Below are positions 19,150 through 29,465 of a stretch of DNA of 64,000 bases, piece by piece. A program made the position numbers and the translations under genes. The DNA comes from Dehalococcoidia bacterium (lineage in GTDB: Bacteria; Chloroflexota; Dehalococcoidia; SM23-28-2; RBG-16-64-32). Within the stretch, counting starts at the first letter, position 1. The number at the start of each line of letters is the position of its first letter. The DNA lies in the NCBI GenBank assembly GCA_963665775.2, contig CAXXTF010000002.1, positions 64,001 to 128,000 on the forward strand, given 5' to 3'. The notes below the pieces were generated by a model. That model was not told the DNA's origin and did no database searches. It saw nothing but the letters and a program-made list of their open reading frames with translations.

Positions 19150-20675
19150 GCGGCCCGGCCAGGGTATACCTCGTCGGAGCTGGGCCCGGCGACCCCGGAC
19201 TTATCACAGTGGCCGGCCTGGAGCGCCTGCGCGAGGCCGAGGTCATCGTCTACGACCGCCTGGTCAGCCCCCGGCTCCTGGAGCACGCCAAGGCTGGCGC
19301 CGAACTCATCTTCGTCGGTAAGGAGGGCGGCGGCCCCCAATGGAGCCAGGACGATATCAACAACCTTCTCGTCGAGAGGGGTAGCCAGGGCAAGACAGTC
19401 GTGCGGCTCAAGGGCGGCGACCCGTTCGTGTTCGGCCGCGGCGGCGAGGAGGCCAGGGCCCTGTGGGCCGCCGACGTCGCCTTCGAGGTCGTCCCCGGCG
19501 TCACTTCGGCTGTCGCCGTACCCGCCTACGCTGGCATACCCGTGACCCATCGCGGCGCCGCCTCCTCCTTCGCCATCGTTACCGGCCACGAGGACCCGGA
19601 GAAGGAGGAGTCCGCCCTCCACTGGGACCGGTTGGCCACCGCCGTGGATACCCTGGTCGTGCTCATGGGGACGAAGACGCTGCCCGAGATCGTTGAGCGA
19701 CTCACGGCCCATGGCCGGCCTGCCGATACCCCCACGGCCGTCATCCAGTGGGGGACGACCCCCAACCAGCGTACCGTGACCGGCACCCTGGCCGACATCG
19801 TAACGCTGACAGAGGAGGCCGACCTCACATCGCCCGCCGTCGCCGTCGTGGGAGAGGTGGTGCGGCTGCGAGAGAGCCTGTCCTGGTTCGAGGACAGGAA
19901 GCTGCTGGGCAAGCGGGTCCTCGTCACGCGCACCAGCGAGCAGGCCAACACTCTGACCGATCTCCTGACTCGGAAAGGGGCGATCCCGATTGAGCTTCCG
20001 ACTATAGAGATCGAGGAGGTGACCGGTGAAGCGCCTCAGGCCGCCCTGGACGGCCTCCTGGCCGGTGGCTATGCCTGGGTGGTCTTCACCAGCGCCAATG
20101 CGGTCGAGATCTTCTTCCGGTTGCTGAGCGAAAGGGGGCTGGACGCCCGCGCCTTCGCCGGCGCCAAGGTAGCCGTAATCGGCACGGGGACGGGGCAGGC
20201 CCTGGCCCAGCACGGCATCACCGCCGACGCCATCCCCGCCGAGTTCATCGCCGAGGGGGTCGTGGAGGCCCTGCGTCCCCTCCTGCAGGCCGGCGACCGC
20301 GTCCTCCTGCCACGGGCTGAGGGCGCTCGCGCGGAGCTCGTCGACGGGCTGAGCGCTCTCGGCGCCGAGGTCGACGAGGCGATCCTGTACCGGGCCACCG
20401 TGCCCAGCCAGGCGCCGGATGAGGCGCTGTCGCTCCTGCGAGAGGGCCGCATCGATGTCGTCACCTTCCTCAGCTCATCCGCGGTGCGCAACCTGGTGAC
20501 CCTGCTGGAAGGCGACCTAGAATGTCTGCGGACGCCGCCGCTGGCCTGCATCGGCGAGATAACCGCCGGGACGGTCCAGGAGGTGCTGGGACGGCCGGCC
20601 GACATCATTGCGGCGGAGCACACCGTGTGGGGCCTGGCGCAGGCGCTGGAGGAGCGATTCGCCAGCATCGGATAA
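19146..20675 (+). CDS. cobA-hemD: uroporphyrinogen-III C-methyltransferase / uroporphyrinogen-III synthase fusion
   Basis: VYLVGAGPGDPGLIT and RLKGGDPFVFGRGGEE, then RVLVTR...FTSANAV (HemD). Confidence 0.95.
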   Translation: MSGPARVYLVGAGPGDPGLITVAGLERLREAEVIVYDRLVSPRLLEHAKAGAELIFVGKEGGGPQWSQDDINNLLVERGSQGKTVVRLKGGDPFVFGRGGEEARALWAADVAFEVVPGVTSAVAVPAYAGIPVTHRGAASSFAIVTGHEDPEKEESALHWDRLATAVDTLVVLMGTKTLPEIVERLTAHGRPADTPTAVIQWGTTPNQRTVTGTLADIVTLTEEADLTSPAVAVVGEVVRLRESLSWFEDRKLLGKRVLVTRTSEQANTLTDLLTRKGAIPIELPTIEIEEVTGEAPQAALDGLLAGGYAWVVFTSANAVEIFFRLLSERGLDARAFAGAKVAVIGTGTGQALAQHGITADAIPAEFIAEGVVEALRPLLQAGDRVLLPRAEGARAELVDGLSALGAEVDEAILYRATVPSQAPDEALSLLREGRIDVVTFLSSSAVRNLVTLLEGDLECLRTPPLACIGEITAGTVQEVLGRPADIIAAEHTVWGLAQALEERFASIG

Positions 20676-20736
20676 GGAGTGGGAGATGGACGTGCGAGAG
20701 TTCGTAGCACAGTCAATATAGGTTGGTGTTCTCCCC

Positions 20737-21735
20737 ATGACTACCACCCGCACGCTCCCCCAGGCCTTCCGGCGGCTGCGTCGCTCGGAGGGGCTGCGTG
20801 CCCTGGTGCGAGAGACCCGCCTCTCGCCCGCAGACTTCGTCTATCCCCTGTTCGTCGCCCACGGGCAGGGTTTGCGGCGGGAGATCGAGTCGATGCCAGG
20901 CCAGTACCAGCTCTCCGTCGATCAGCTCGCGGCGGAGGCGGAGGAGCTGCGGTCGCTGGGCATCCCCGCCATGCTGCTGTTCGGCCTGCCCGCCGCCAAG
21001 GATGAGGCCGGCTCCGAGGCCTACGACCCCGACGGCATAGTCCAGCGGGCGGTCCGCGCCCTCAAGCGGGCCGCGCCCGATCTGGTCGTCATCACCGACG
21101 TCTGCCTCTGCGAGTACACCTCGCACGGACACTGCGGTGTCGTGGTCGATGGCCCGGACGGGCAGGCCGAGGTGGACAACGACCGCACCCTCCCCCTCCT
21201 GGCCCGCATCGTCCTCTCCCACGCCGAGGCCGGCGCCGACATCGTCGCCCCCTCGGACATGATGGATGGCCGCGTGGCCGCCATCCGCACGGCCTTGGAC
21301 GAGGCGGACTTCGGCCACACGCCTATCATGGCCTACGCCGCCAAGCAGGCCTCCGCCTTCTATGGCCCCTTCCGCGTCGCCGCCGAGTCCGCCCCCCAGT
21401 TCGGCGACCGCCGCGGCTACCAGATGGACGCCGCCAACGCCCGCGAGGCGATGCGGGAGATCGAGGCCGATATCGAGGAGGGGGCCGACATCGTAATGGT
21501 CAAGCCGGCGCTCCCCAACCTGGACATCATCGCCCGCGCCCGCCAGCGCTTCGAGTTGCCCCTGGCCGCCTACAACGTCAGCGGCGAGTATGCCATGGTC
21601 AAGGCCGCCGCCCTCGCCGGGCACCTGGACGAGCGATCGGCAGCGCTGGAGGTGCTCACCGCCATCAAGCGGGCCGGCGCCGACATTGTCATCACCTACC
21701 ACGCCAAGGACGCGGCGAGATGGCTGCGAGAATAG
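20737..21735 (+). CDS. hemB: porphobilinogen synthase
   Basis: [36 protein letters not shown]. Confidence 0.97.
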   Translation: MTTTRTLPQAFRRLRRSEGLRALVRETRLSPADFVYPLFVAHGQGLRREIESMPGQYQLSVDQLAAEAEELRSLGIPAMLLFGLPAAKDEAGSEAYDPDGIVQRAVRALKRAAPDLVVITDVCLCEYTSHGHCGVVVDGPDGQAEVDNDRTLPLLARIVLSHAEAGADIVAPSDMMDGRVAAIRTALDEADFGHTPIMAYAAKQASAFYGPFRVAAESAPQFGDRRGYQMDAANAREAMREIEADIEEGADIVMVKPALPNLDIIARARQRFELPLAAYNVSGEYAMVKAAALAGHLDERSAALEVLTAIKRAGADIVITYHAKDAARWLRE

Positions 21736-22178
21736 CCACCGAAATATGGCCGCAGATGGACACAGATAGAGCACAGATCAGCCGCCCTGCCCCACGAAAG
21801 GATGGCGCGTATCCCCACAAGGAGCTAACCGAGAAGATAATCGGGGCGTCGTTTGAAGTGCACCAAGAGCTGGGGCCTGGCTTCCTCGAGAGGGCCTACG
21901 AGGCAGCCCTTCTCCAGGAGCTAGAAAACCTGGATGTTCCCGTCTCCTCCCAAGCGGAAATCGCCGTCCACTACAAGGGGCGGCCGGTCGGCGTCTACTA
22001 CGCGGATCTGCTAGTTGACGGTAGTGTCATCTGTGAGATCAAGGCAGTTGAGCGGTTATCATCGGCGCACCAGGCTCAACTGCTCCATTACTTGAAGGCA
22101 ACCGGTATTGAAGTCGGTCTCTTGTTGAACTTCGGTTCCAAGCGAGTACAGGTAAAGCGGATGATCCTTTCAAAATGA
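21720..22178 (+). CDS. GxxExxY protein (PD-(D/E)xK-like)
   Basis: [18 protein letters not shown]...[14 protein letters not shown]...GLLLNFG. Start uncertain. Confidence 0.92.
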   Translation: MAARIATEIWPQMDTDRAQISRPAPRKDGAYPHKELTEKIIGASFEVHQELGPGFLERAYEAALLQELENLDVPVSSQAEIAVHYKGRPVGVYYADLLVDGSVICEIKAVERLSSAHQAQLLHYLKATGIEVGLLLNFGSKRVQVKRMILSK

Positions 22179-22212
22179 AAAAATCTGCGACAAATCTGCG
22201 TCCATCTGTGGC
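21749..22212. repeat. imperfect inverted repeats (CAGAT-periodic) flanking the GxxExxY gene
   Basis: 21749-21767 gccgcagatggacacagat versus the reverse complement of 22194-22212, gccacagatggacgcagat (17/19). A third CAGAT/ATCTG unit lies inside each. Confidence 0.75.
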
Positions 22213-22900
22213 TAGCGTCGAGGCCGTCGCCTTCGACGGCTACGGCACGTTGTTCGACTTCACGGAGCTGAACTTCATCGTCACCTTCGCCGAGATCTGC
22301 GACCACCAGGGGCTACAGGCGGACGCCGCCGAGGTCTGGCGCCGCTTCCTTCGCGCCGCCTACCTGCTGCGCGCGGAGAATCACCACCGGCCCATCTTCA
22401 AATACTATGGGCAAGCCTGGACCGACCAGTTCCAGCGCGTCTTCCGCCAACTTCGTCTGGCCGGCGACCCCTCGGCCGCCGCTCTCTACCTCAAAGAAAA
22501 GGTGGCGGCGGCCCCCGCTTTCGAGGAGGCCTATCCCGTCATCGACGCCCTCCGCCCCCACTATCGCCTGGCCGTCCTCTCGAACTCCGACAACGATTTC
22601 CTGATGGCCTGCCTGGAGCGGAACGGCCTCCGGTTCGACACTGTCGTCACGTCCGAACAAGCTCATGCTATCAAGCCAGACCCGGCCATCTTTCTGGAGT
22701 TGGCCCATCGCCTCGATCTGCCCCCAGAGCGCATCCTTTACGCCGGAGACAACCCCGTGGCGGATGTCCTGGGCGCCCGTCGGGCAGGCCTGAAGGTGGC
22801 CTGGATCAACCGCTCCGGCCGGCGCCGGCCACGCCGCGTGCCGCCGCCCGATCTACGCCTCCGTTCCCTCAGGGAGCTCCTCCCTTTCCTGGAAAAGTGA
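22175..22900 (+). CDS. HAD-superfamily hydrolase
   Basis: [29 protein letters not shown]. The true start may be GTG 22208. Confidence 0.9.
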   Translation: MKKSATNLRPSVASVEAVAFDGYGTLFDFTELNFIVTFAEICDHQGLQADAAEVWRRFLRAAYLLRAENHHRPIFKYYGQAWTDQFQRVFRQLRLAGDPSAAALYLKEKVAAAPAFEEAYPVIDALRPHYRLAVLSNSDNDFLMACLERNGLRFDTVVTSEQAHAIKPDPAIFLELAHRLDLPPERILYAGDNPVADVLGARRAGLKVAWINRSGRRRPRRVPPPDLRLRSLRELLPFLEK

Positions 22901-22901
22901 T

Positions 22902-24203
22902 ATGACTGAGCCCAACCGCCAACGCCCTCGCTCCCGGCAGCTCTTCGCCCAGGCCCAGCAGCTCATGCCGGGCGGCGTCTCCAGCCCCGTTCGTGCCTTC
23001 CGGGCCGTGGGAGGCGATCCGCCCGTTATCGCCTACGCCAAAGGCCCCCGCATCTTCGATGTCGACGGTAACGGCTACATCGACTACGTATGCGGCTACG
23101 GTCCCCTCATCCTGGGTCACGCCCATCCGGAGGTGGCCGCCGCCATCGCGGAGGCCGCCGCCCGCGGCACGGCCTTTGGCGCCACGACGGAGCTGGAGGT
23201 GGATCTGGCCCGCCTCATCAGCGAGGCCATACCCTCCATCGAGATGGTGCGCTTCGTTAACTCCGGCACGGAGGCCACCATGTCCGCCCTGCGACTGGCC
23301 CGCGCTTTCACGGGCCGGAGCAAGGTGGTGAAGTTCGAGGGCTGCTACCACGGCCACGCCGACGGTCTCCTGGTCCAGGCCGGCTCCGGCGTCGCTACGC
23401 TGGGTCTGCCCGATAGCCCGGGCGTGCCTGCCAGCTACGCCGCGGAGACGTTGGTCGTCCCCTACAACGACCTGAAGGCGATCCGTCTCCTGTTCGAGGC
23501 GCACCAGGGCCAGATCGCCGCCGTCATAGTAGAGCCGGTAGCCGGTAACATGGGCGTCGTGCCGCCCAGCGCCGGTTTCCCGCAACTCCTACGCGACCTG
23601 ACCTTGCGGCACGGTGCCCTCCTCATCTTCGACGAGGTGATCACCGGCTTCCGCCTCCATTACGGAGCGGCCCAGGCCATCCTGGACGTGGAGCCAGACC
23701 TCACCTGCCTGGGCAAGACCATCGGCGGCGGCCTGCCTGTAGGCGCCTACGGCGGCCGGCGGGAGATCATGGAGCAGGTGGCGCCCCTGGGCCCGGTCTA
23801 CCAGGCAGGCACGCTCTCCGGAAACCCCCTGGCTATGACGGCCGGCATCACCACCCTGCGTCTGCTTCAAGATAAGGACGTTTACCGGCGTCTGGAGGAG
23901 AGCGCCGTCCGGCTGGAGGATGGGCTGCGTCGCGTCGCTGGGGAAGCAAAGGTCGCCGCCCACCTCAACCGGGTCGGCTCGCTGCTCACCCTCTTCTTCA
24001 GCGACGAACCCGTGACCGACTACGCCAGCGCCAAGCGGTCCGACACCAAGCGCTATGCCGCCTTCTTTCGCCAGATGCTGGAGCGCGGCGTCTTCCTGCC
24101 GCCCTCCCAGTTCGAGGCCCTGTTCGTCTCTCTCGCCCACGGCGCGGAGGAGATCGAGGCCACCGTCGCCGCTGCCAGTGACGGCCTGAACGCCATCCGC
24201 TGA
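22902..24203 (+). CDS. hemL: glutamate-1-semialdehyde 2,1-aminomutase
   Basis: [44 protein letters not shown]. Confidence 0.97.
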   Translation: MTEPNRQRPRSRQLFAQAQQLMPGGVSSPVRAFRAVGGDPPVIAYAKGPRIFDVDGNGYIDYVCGYGPLILGHAHPEVAAAIAEAAARGTAFGATTELEVDLARLISEAIPSIEMVRFVNSGTEATMSALRLARAFTGRSKVVKFEGCYHGHADGLLVQAGSGVATLGLPDSPGVPASYAAETLVVPYNDLKAIRLLFEAHQGQIAAVIVEPVAGNMGVVPPSAGFPQLLRDLTLRHGALLIFDEVITGFRLHYGAAQAILDVEPDLTCLGKTIGGGLPVGAYGGRREIMEQVAPLGPVYQAGTLSGNPLAMTAGITTLRLLQDKDVYRRLEESAVRLEDGLRRVAGEAKVAAHLNRVGSLLTLFFSDEPVTDYASAKRSDTKRYAAFFRQMLERGVFLPPSQFEALFVSLAHGAEEIEATVAAASDGLNAIR

Positions 24204-24299
24204 CAGGCGCGGGGAGGATATTGTCAGCCCCGAACACGGGGAGTATACTACTCTCCGGCCCCACCTAATATTGTATACGCGATTAAGTAGGTGAACGCT

Positions 24300-25430
24300 A
24301 TGAAGATATCCTGTCTCAAGGAAAACCTCGCCAAGGGACTCTCCATCGTCGGGCGGGCGGTGGCCGTCCGGAGCACGCTCCCCCAGGCCTCGCACGTCCT
24401 CCTGGCCAGCGATCAGGGGCGCCTCAAGCTGGTCGCCACCAACCTGGAGATCGCTACTACCTGCTGGATCGGCGCTCAGGTGGAAGAGGAGGGAGCGATT
24501 ACCGTCCCGGCCCGGCTCCTGACCGACCTTGTAGCGTCCCTCCCCGACGATCGCATAGATATGGATGTGGCAGGGCGCCCTCGTCAGCTCCACATCACCT
24601 GCGCCCGCAATGAGGCCACCATCGCTGGCATGGACGCCGAGGACTTCCCCCCGGTGCCTTCCGTGGAAGACGGCCCTTCCCTGAAGCTCGACCCGAAGGC
24701 GTTACAGCGGGCTATCGCCCAGGTGGAGTTCGCCGCCGCCGCCGCTGACACCCGCCCCGTCCTCACCGGCATCCACATCCTGGCGGAGGACGGCCAGCTC
24801 ACCCTGGCCGCCGCCGACGGCTTCCGACTCGCCGTCCACAAGCTGCCCCTGGAGCAGGATGCGCCGGAGCGGGTTGAGGTGATTATCCCGGCCCGGGCCC
24901 TGAGGGAACTGGAGCGCCTCATCGCCGACGAGGAGTCCCTGGAGGCAGCGTTCAACGCCACTCGCTCCCAGGTCATCTTCCGGCTGAAGACGGTGGAGAT
25001 AGTGGCCACTCTAGTCCAGGGCACCTTTCCCAACTACAGTCAGCTCATACCCCAGTCCTGGGCCTCGCGGGCGGTCATCGACATGCGCCAGTTCCTGCAA
25101 GAAACCCGCATCGCCGCTATCTTCGCCCGAGACGGTGCCGGCATCGTCCGGCTGCAGGTGGAACCCGGGCAAGAGGCGGCACCCGGCAAGATGATCATCT
25201 CCGCTCGCGCCGAGGAGATCGGCGAACACCACGGCGAGATCGACGTGGCGGTGGAGGGTGAGCCGTCCAAGGTCGCCTTTAACAGCAAGTACCTACAGGA
25301 CGTGCTCCAGGTACTGGACTGCAGCCAGGTAGCGCTGGAGACCTCCAACCCGTCCAGCCCCGGCGTCATCCACCCGATCGGCTCCGATGACTACGTGCAC
25401 GTGGTCATGCCGATGTTTGTTCAATGGTGA
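24300..25430 (+). CDS. dnaN: DNA polymerase III beta sliding clamp
   Basis: ATNLEIA, RPVLTG, AADGFRLA, GTFPNY, FNSKYLQD, VVMPM; not adjacent to dnaA. Confidence 0.96.
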   Translation: MKISCLKENLAKGLSIVGRAVAVRSTLPQASHVLLASDQGRLKLVATNLEIATTCWIGAQVEEEGAITVPARLLTDLVASLPDDRIDMDVAGRPRQLHITCARNEATIAGMDAEDFPPVPSVEDGPSLKLDPKALQRAIAQVEFAAAAADTRPVLTGIHILAEDGQLTLAAADGFRLAVHKLPLEQDAPERVEVIIPARALRELERLIADEESLEAAFNATRSQVIFRLKTVEIVATLVQGTFPNYSQLIPQSWASRAVIDMRQFLQETRIAAIFARDGAGIVRLQVEPGQEAAPGKMIISARAEEIGEHHGEIDVAVEGEPSKVAFNSKYLQDVLQVLDCSQVALETSNPSSPGVIHPIGSDDYVHVVMPMFVQW

Positions 25431-26958
25431 CTAAATCCTGAGGCTGAGTAGTCATCATCAGCGGAACAACACCCCGAATCCGTGCTTCGGTGTTCGACGC
25501 CGCAATCTGGGCGTCCGTAGCCCGCAGCAGTAGGTCGAGCTTGTCGACATCGGCTGATTCGAGCCAGGAACGTAGCCGCCTGCTGTACTCGGGAGCGCAG
25601 ACTCGCAGACCATCGAGGTCGATTCTTGACCTGGCTTGGGGCTCCAACCTTTGACGCTCTGCTTCAAGGGTTGTTCTCTGGACGCTTAGCTCGCGCCGCT
25701 GCTCCTCCAGAAGGTCGCCCGGCAAGCCGCCATCGGTGAAGAGCCGAACTAGTCGCCGCTGACGCGCTTCGACTTCCCGAAGTGCGTCGTTGACTCGCTC
25801 TAGTTGGCTTGTTTCAACATCATCGCCCGTTAGCCGGATGACTTCCGAGATGATGCGGTCCGGATCAGCAAGTAGGTCCGCAATGGCACGCATGACGGCG
25901 CCTTCGAGGGTTGCAGTCGCCACGTACTTCGAGTCGCATCGCTTGTCCCACTGACTCCCGTAGCTATGCCGGCATCGGTAGTAGGAGTAACGGCCCTTCA
26001 TCAGGACTTGCCCGACCATAGGCGCTCCGCAAGCGAGACAGCGAAGGCGGCCACGGAGCGGATAGGCTCGCGAAGGCTTCGACCGGCTATGGCGGTATGG
26101 GTCTTCCAGAATGGTCTTCGCCCGTAGGTAGAGCTCAGGACTGACGATTGCAGGTGTAGCGCCCGCAATCTCAATCCATTCGTTCTGCTCGCGCTCTGAA
26201 ACACGCACCTTCCACCGGCCAGAGCGGCCATCGCGATACTTCTCTGACTTCGTCCGACGGTAGATAGACCGGCCAGTGTAGGTCTCGTTGAGAAGCATGC
26301 GGCGAATGGTCAGCGGATACCACGGGCCGCCGGCAAACGCAGGAACACCTCTTGCGTTGAGGCTAGCGGCTATACCGTGGCAGCTTCCGCCTTCTGCGAA
26401 CTTCTCGAAGGCTTCTCGTACAATGTCGGCCTCTCTCGGCTCGACGCGCCGAGTGCCACTCGCCTGGTCATACCTGTAGCCATAGATGCCTCGACCTGTC
26501 GCCTGGGGGAGCTTCCCGCTGCGGGCTCGCTGCGCCTTACCGCGCTGAGTTCGCTCGACGATTTTCTCGCGCTCGACTTCGGCTACGAAGGCTCGTGCGG
26601 CGAGTATGAACCGGCCAACAGCAGTGTCCTCGAACTTCTCTGTCACGAAGTCGAGCTTCACGCCGGTCTGATTTGCCTCATCGAACAGAACGCCGATTTG
26701 GTTCTGGTTGCGGGAGAGCCGATCAATCGCGAACGCAAGGATAACGTCTGCATCGGCGTCTCGAAGGAGCTTCCGAACCTGCTCCATACCCGGACGATCG
26801 AGCGTGAAGCCGCTCGCTGCATCGCGTACGGTGCCAACAATTGCCCAGCCCTGAGCCTCTGCGTACTCAGCGCAGGCCCTCTCCTGGGTCTCTAAGGAAG
26901 TGCCATCACGCTCCTGAGCATCGGTCGAAACCCGACAGTAGATCACGCATCTAGTCAT
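25405..26958 (-). CDS. large serine recombinase (integrase)
   Basis: YCRVST catalytic motif, DRLSR, GIYGYRY, Zn-ribbon CLACG...YYRC, coiled coil. The last 8 codons and stop lie inside dnaN. Confidence 0.95.
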   Translation of the reverse strand: MTRCVIYCRVSTDAQERDGTSLETQERACAEYAEAQGWAIVGTVRDAASGFTLDRPGMEQVRKLLRDADADVILAFAIDRLSRNQNQIGVLFDEANQTGVKLDFVTEKFEDTAVGRFILAARAFVAEVEREKIVERTQRGKAQRARSGKLPQATGRGIYGYRYDQASGTRRVEPREADIVREAFEKFAEGGSCHGIAASLNARGVPAFAGGPWYPLTIRRMLLNETYTGRSIYRRTKSEKYRDGRSGRWKVRVSEREQNEWIEIAGATPAIVSPELYLRAKTILEDPYRHSRSKPSRAYPLRGRLRCLACGAPMVGQVLMKGRYSYYRCRHSYGSQWDKRCDSKYVATATLEGAVMRAIADLLADPDRIISEVIRLTGDDVETSQLERVNDALREVEARQRRLVRLFTDGGLPGDLLEEQRRELSVQRTTLEAERQRLEPQARSRIDLDGLRVCAPEYSRRLRSWLESADVDKLDLLLRATDAQIAASNTEARIRGVVPLMMTTQPQDLVTIEQTSA

Positions 26959-27149
26959 TTGCTCTTCTCCGGCTTCCGCCCTGGGGGCTGAATCTCGTCA
27001 TCGTTCGTGCCGTACGCCTTATCGATGGCCGCTCGGATGAGCTTGGCGATGGGCACGCGCTGCTCGAACGACAGGCGTCTAAGGGTCTCGTACTCGTCCT
27101 CGCTGATTATGAGCATCATTCTCTGCATAACACTATTATTATATGGCAA
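26955..27149 (-). CDS. ribbon-helix-helix (CopG-like) protein
   Basis: RMMLIISEDEYETLRRLSFEQRVPIAKLIRAAID; ATGA overlap with the integrase. Confidence 0.8.
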   Translation of the reverse strand: MPYNNSVMQRMMLIISEDEYETLRRLSFEQRVPIAKLIRAAIDKAYGTNDDEIQPPGRKPEKSK

Positions 27150-27162
27150 TTAGAAGGACCCG

Positions 27163-28158
27163 TCAAAGGGCCTGCCCTTCCATGGCACTATCTACACGGA
27201 TCTGGGACGCAATGCACTCATGGCTCCTGAGCAGGCGGTCCACTGTTGCGACACGCCGGCAAGCCAAGACCAACTTCACCGAGTGGTCATCATAGCCGTG
27301 CTTGCGCAGCCAGACCACAAACGCAGCCGTTAGCTGACTCAAGGTCAGCCCGGGCCACCCAGCACTCTCGCACATACACTTGATACGGTTCCGGATTGCC
27401 CCCTTGGAGAGATGCTCGCCTTCCTTGCGACCGGGAAGCACGTAATTATCGCGCTGCAAACCGGACGTCAGGGCCAAGCTGAGCAGGGGCCTTGCACCCA
27501 TTGGGACAATCAGGCAGGTGGTGCGGCGTCCTCTCCGATGCACAGTGACTTCACAGAAGGTCGAGGCGCTGTCATCCCGCCAGGTAACATCCGACCATCG
27601 CAGTTCGCAAATTTCATCCAACTCAAGGCCGCTGAAGCAGGCCAGCCCTGCGATGGTGCCGTCAAGCGGCGAGCGAGAAACTGCAAGTCGGAGTATGGCT
27701 TCGAGAGCGTCAGGGTCTGGCGTTGGACTGCGAGGACGAATGCGTTCTCTCGATCCCGGTAGCGACAGGCCGCTATCGTGCCAACCGCTACCCTTCCTCT
27801 TGGGCAACGAGGATTGAAAGGCGGTGATCCAACCTCGCCCCTCACCGTCACCCAGCTGGAGCATGGCGAGCCTTTGTAAGGCCCTGGATCGTGTGAGCAC
27901 CGTAGAGTGTCCGCTGGAGCGGCCTGCAAGTTCGATTAGCTCGGCGGCGCTGTCGGGTCGGTCGAACAAGTCTGCAAGCGCCATCCCGAGATGTGTCTTG
28001 GCGTCCTTTGCCAAGGAACGGAGCTGCGAGACCTCGGCCGCAATCGTCGAAGCCGCCTTGCCACTCTCCAGTCGCGCTTCTTTGAACCGGCCAATCAGCG
28101 CCTTCGTCTCAGGAGAAAGTGAGAAGCTTCCGAATAGGTCTAGCGCTCTCTGGGTCAT
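27163..28158 (-). CDS. tyrosine-recombinase-fold protein lacking catalytic residues
   Basis: SGLELDEICELRWSDV (box I Arg replaced by Glu); no HxxR or C-terminal H/Y is discernible. Confidence 0.7.
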   Translation of the reverse strand: MTQRALDLFGSFSLSPETKALIGRFKEARLESGKAASTIAAEVSQLRSLAKDAKTHLGMALADLFDRPDSAAELIELAGRSSGHSTVLTRSRALQRLAMLQLGDGEGRGWITAFQSSLPKRKGSGWHDSGLSLPGSRERIRPRSPTPDPDALEAILRLAVSRSPLDGTIAGLACFSGLELDEICELRWSDVTWRDDSASTFCEVTVHRRGRRTTCLIVPMGARPLLSLALTSGLQRDNYVLPGRKEGEHLSKGAIRNRIKCMCESAGWPGLTLSQLTAAFVVWLRKHGYDDHSVKLVLACRRVATVDRLLRSHECIASQIRVDSAMEGQAL

Positions 28159-29465
28159 GGCCCCGTGCCTACCGCGTCAAGTACTGGAGAATCGGTCTCC
28201 ACCGGGAGCGCTTGTCCGGGACGGGATGGTAGTCTTGCCACAGACTGCCTTAGGCGAGTGAGTGAAGGCTGGACGTAGTGGTCGTCCATCCGCCGTGTTG
28301 AGGTCCAGTTGCCGGCGGTGGCTACTGTCGCTCTCGGCACCACCGCAGTGCTGATGGTGGCAAAGGCCCGACGGAAGGCATGTGACGTATAAACGGGGAC
28401 GCCGACGCTGATACACGCCTGCTTCAATTCACTAGTCCAAGCCTGATAGGTCAGCGGCTGGCCGAGGTCGTTTCGCCAGAAGCGCCCGAGTACGCCGAAC
28501 CCGATACGGTCAGGTAACCCAGACGCTTTGGCCCAGGTGTTGAACTGCTCAACGTAGCGGGCCAGCGGCTCAGTGAGATCGTCAGGTGCGGCGAGTTCAT
28601 AGGGCTCGCGCTTGCTCTTGGCCCTGAGGAGACAACGGATGCGTCCATCCCTCAATCTGTGCGCGCTCGCGCCATCGAGCGTGAGCAGGCCGCCGATACG
28701 CAAGCCCCGGCGCGTCATCAGGCTGAAGATGATCTTGTTGCGGGAGCCGCGCCAGTCAGGCTTGCCGGCGAGTTCGTCCTGAATTGCCGCGATTTCTTCG
28801 AGGGAAGGCGCCGGGCCACCCCGTCCGCGTGTCGCCCCGACAGGCAGGCGATAACCCGTGCCCACGGGTTCGGCGACCGAGCGAAGGGCGCGTACCAGCG
28901 CATCTCCAGCATCTGCTATACCTTCGCGTCTGAGCTCTGGTTCCATAAGCTCGGTGAACGAGCGGAGGACGCTGCGGCGTTGAGCCACTAGCCAGGCCGA
29001 GACCTCACGGCTCCTATCAGCGGTGGTTGCTGTTGCGAGGAGACGACCAAGAAGCTGTTCGTCTCTCAGGAGTTCGAGGATGCCCACGCTGCGGCCTGCT
29101 AGGTTGCCTGCAAGGCCCAGCATGTTGCGGAGGACCCAGCGATACTGCCGTCTAGTCCTCCCCGTCCATCGGGCTGCAATTCGTTTGTCGTAGAGGGTCA
29201 CAAGGGCCTCTGCCTCCCGATGTGACTTTGGCGGCAGCGGTCGCCTTCGCCTGACAATCGCTGTGTCCTCGCCTAAGCCAGGCAGACCACGCTGTACAGG
29301 GCGACTGTCGATCTTCGGAGTCTGGGTTTCCTGCCGGACTGTCGATCTTTGCTTAGTAGTGGTAGTAGTTGATGCCGGAGTACCCAGGGCATTCGAGATT
29401 GGAGAGGCTGGGCGGTTCATGAGAACAGGCGATTGCTCTCGGGCAAGGAGTGCAAGGCTCGTCAT
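28155..29465 (-). CDS. tyrosine recombinase
   Basis: RGLRIGGL (R), RAKSK (K), SHAFRRAFAT (HxxR), GNW...DDHY (W, Y). Confidence 0.85.
   Translation of the reverse strand: MTSLALLAREQSPVLMNRPASPISNALGTPASTTTTTKQRSTVRQETQTPKIDSRPVQRGLPGLGEDTAIVRRRRPLPPKSHREAEALVTLYDKRIAARWTGRTRRQYRWVLRNMLGLAGNLAGRSVGILELLRDEQLLGRLLATATTADRSREVSAWLVAQRRSVLRSFTELMEPELRREGIADAGDALVRALRSVAEPVGTGYRLPVGATRGRGGPAPSLEEIAAIQDELAGKPDWRGSRNKIIFSLMTRRGLRIGGLLTLDGASAHRLRDGRIRCLLRAKSKREPYELAAPDDLTEPLARYVEQFNTWAKASGLPDRIGFGVLGRFWRNDLGQPLTYQAWTSELKQACISVGVPVYTSHAFRRAFATISTAVVPRATVATAGNWTSTRRMDDHYVQPSLTRLRQSVARLPSRPGQALPVETDSPVLDAVGTGP
29303..29373. repeat. about 70-bp element containing two GACTGTCGATCTT boxes; second copy at 50496-50562
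   Basis: Direct alignment of the two copies shows high identity, with 1-bp and 3-bp indels. Confidence 0.85.

Noticed and set aside
19110-24593. Long antisense ORFs over cobA-hemD, hemB and hemL (367, 353, 334 aa)
   Set aside because: Shadow ORFs caused by high-GC codon bias opposite well-conserved genes.
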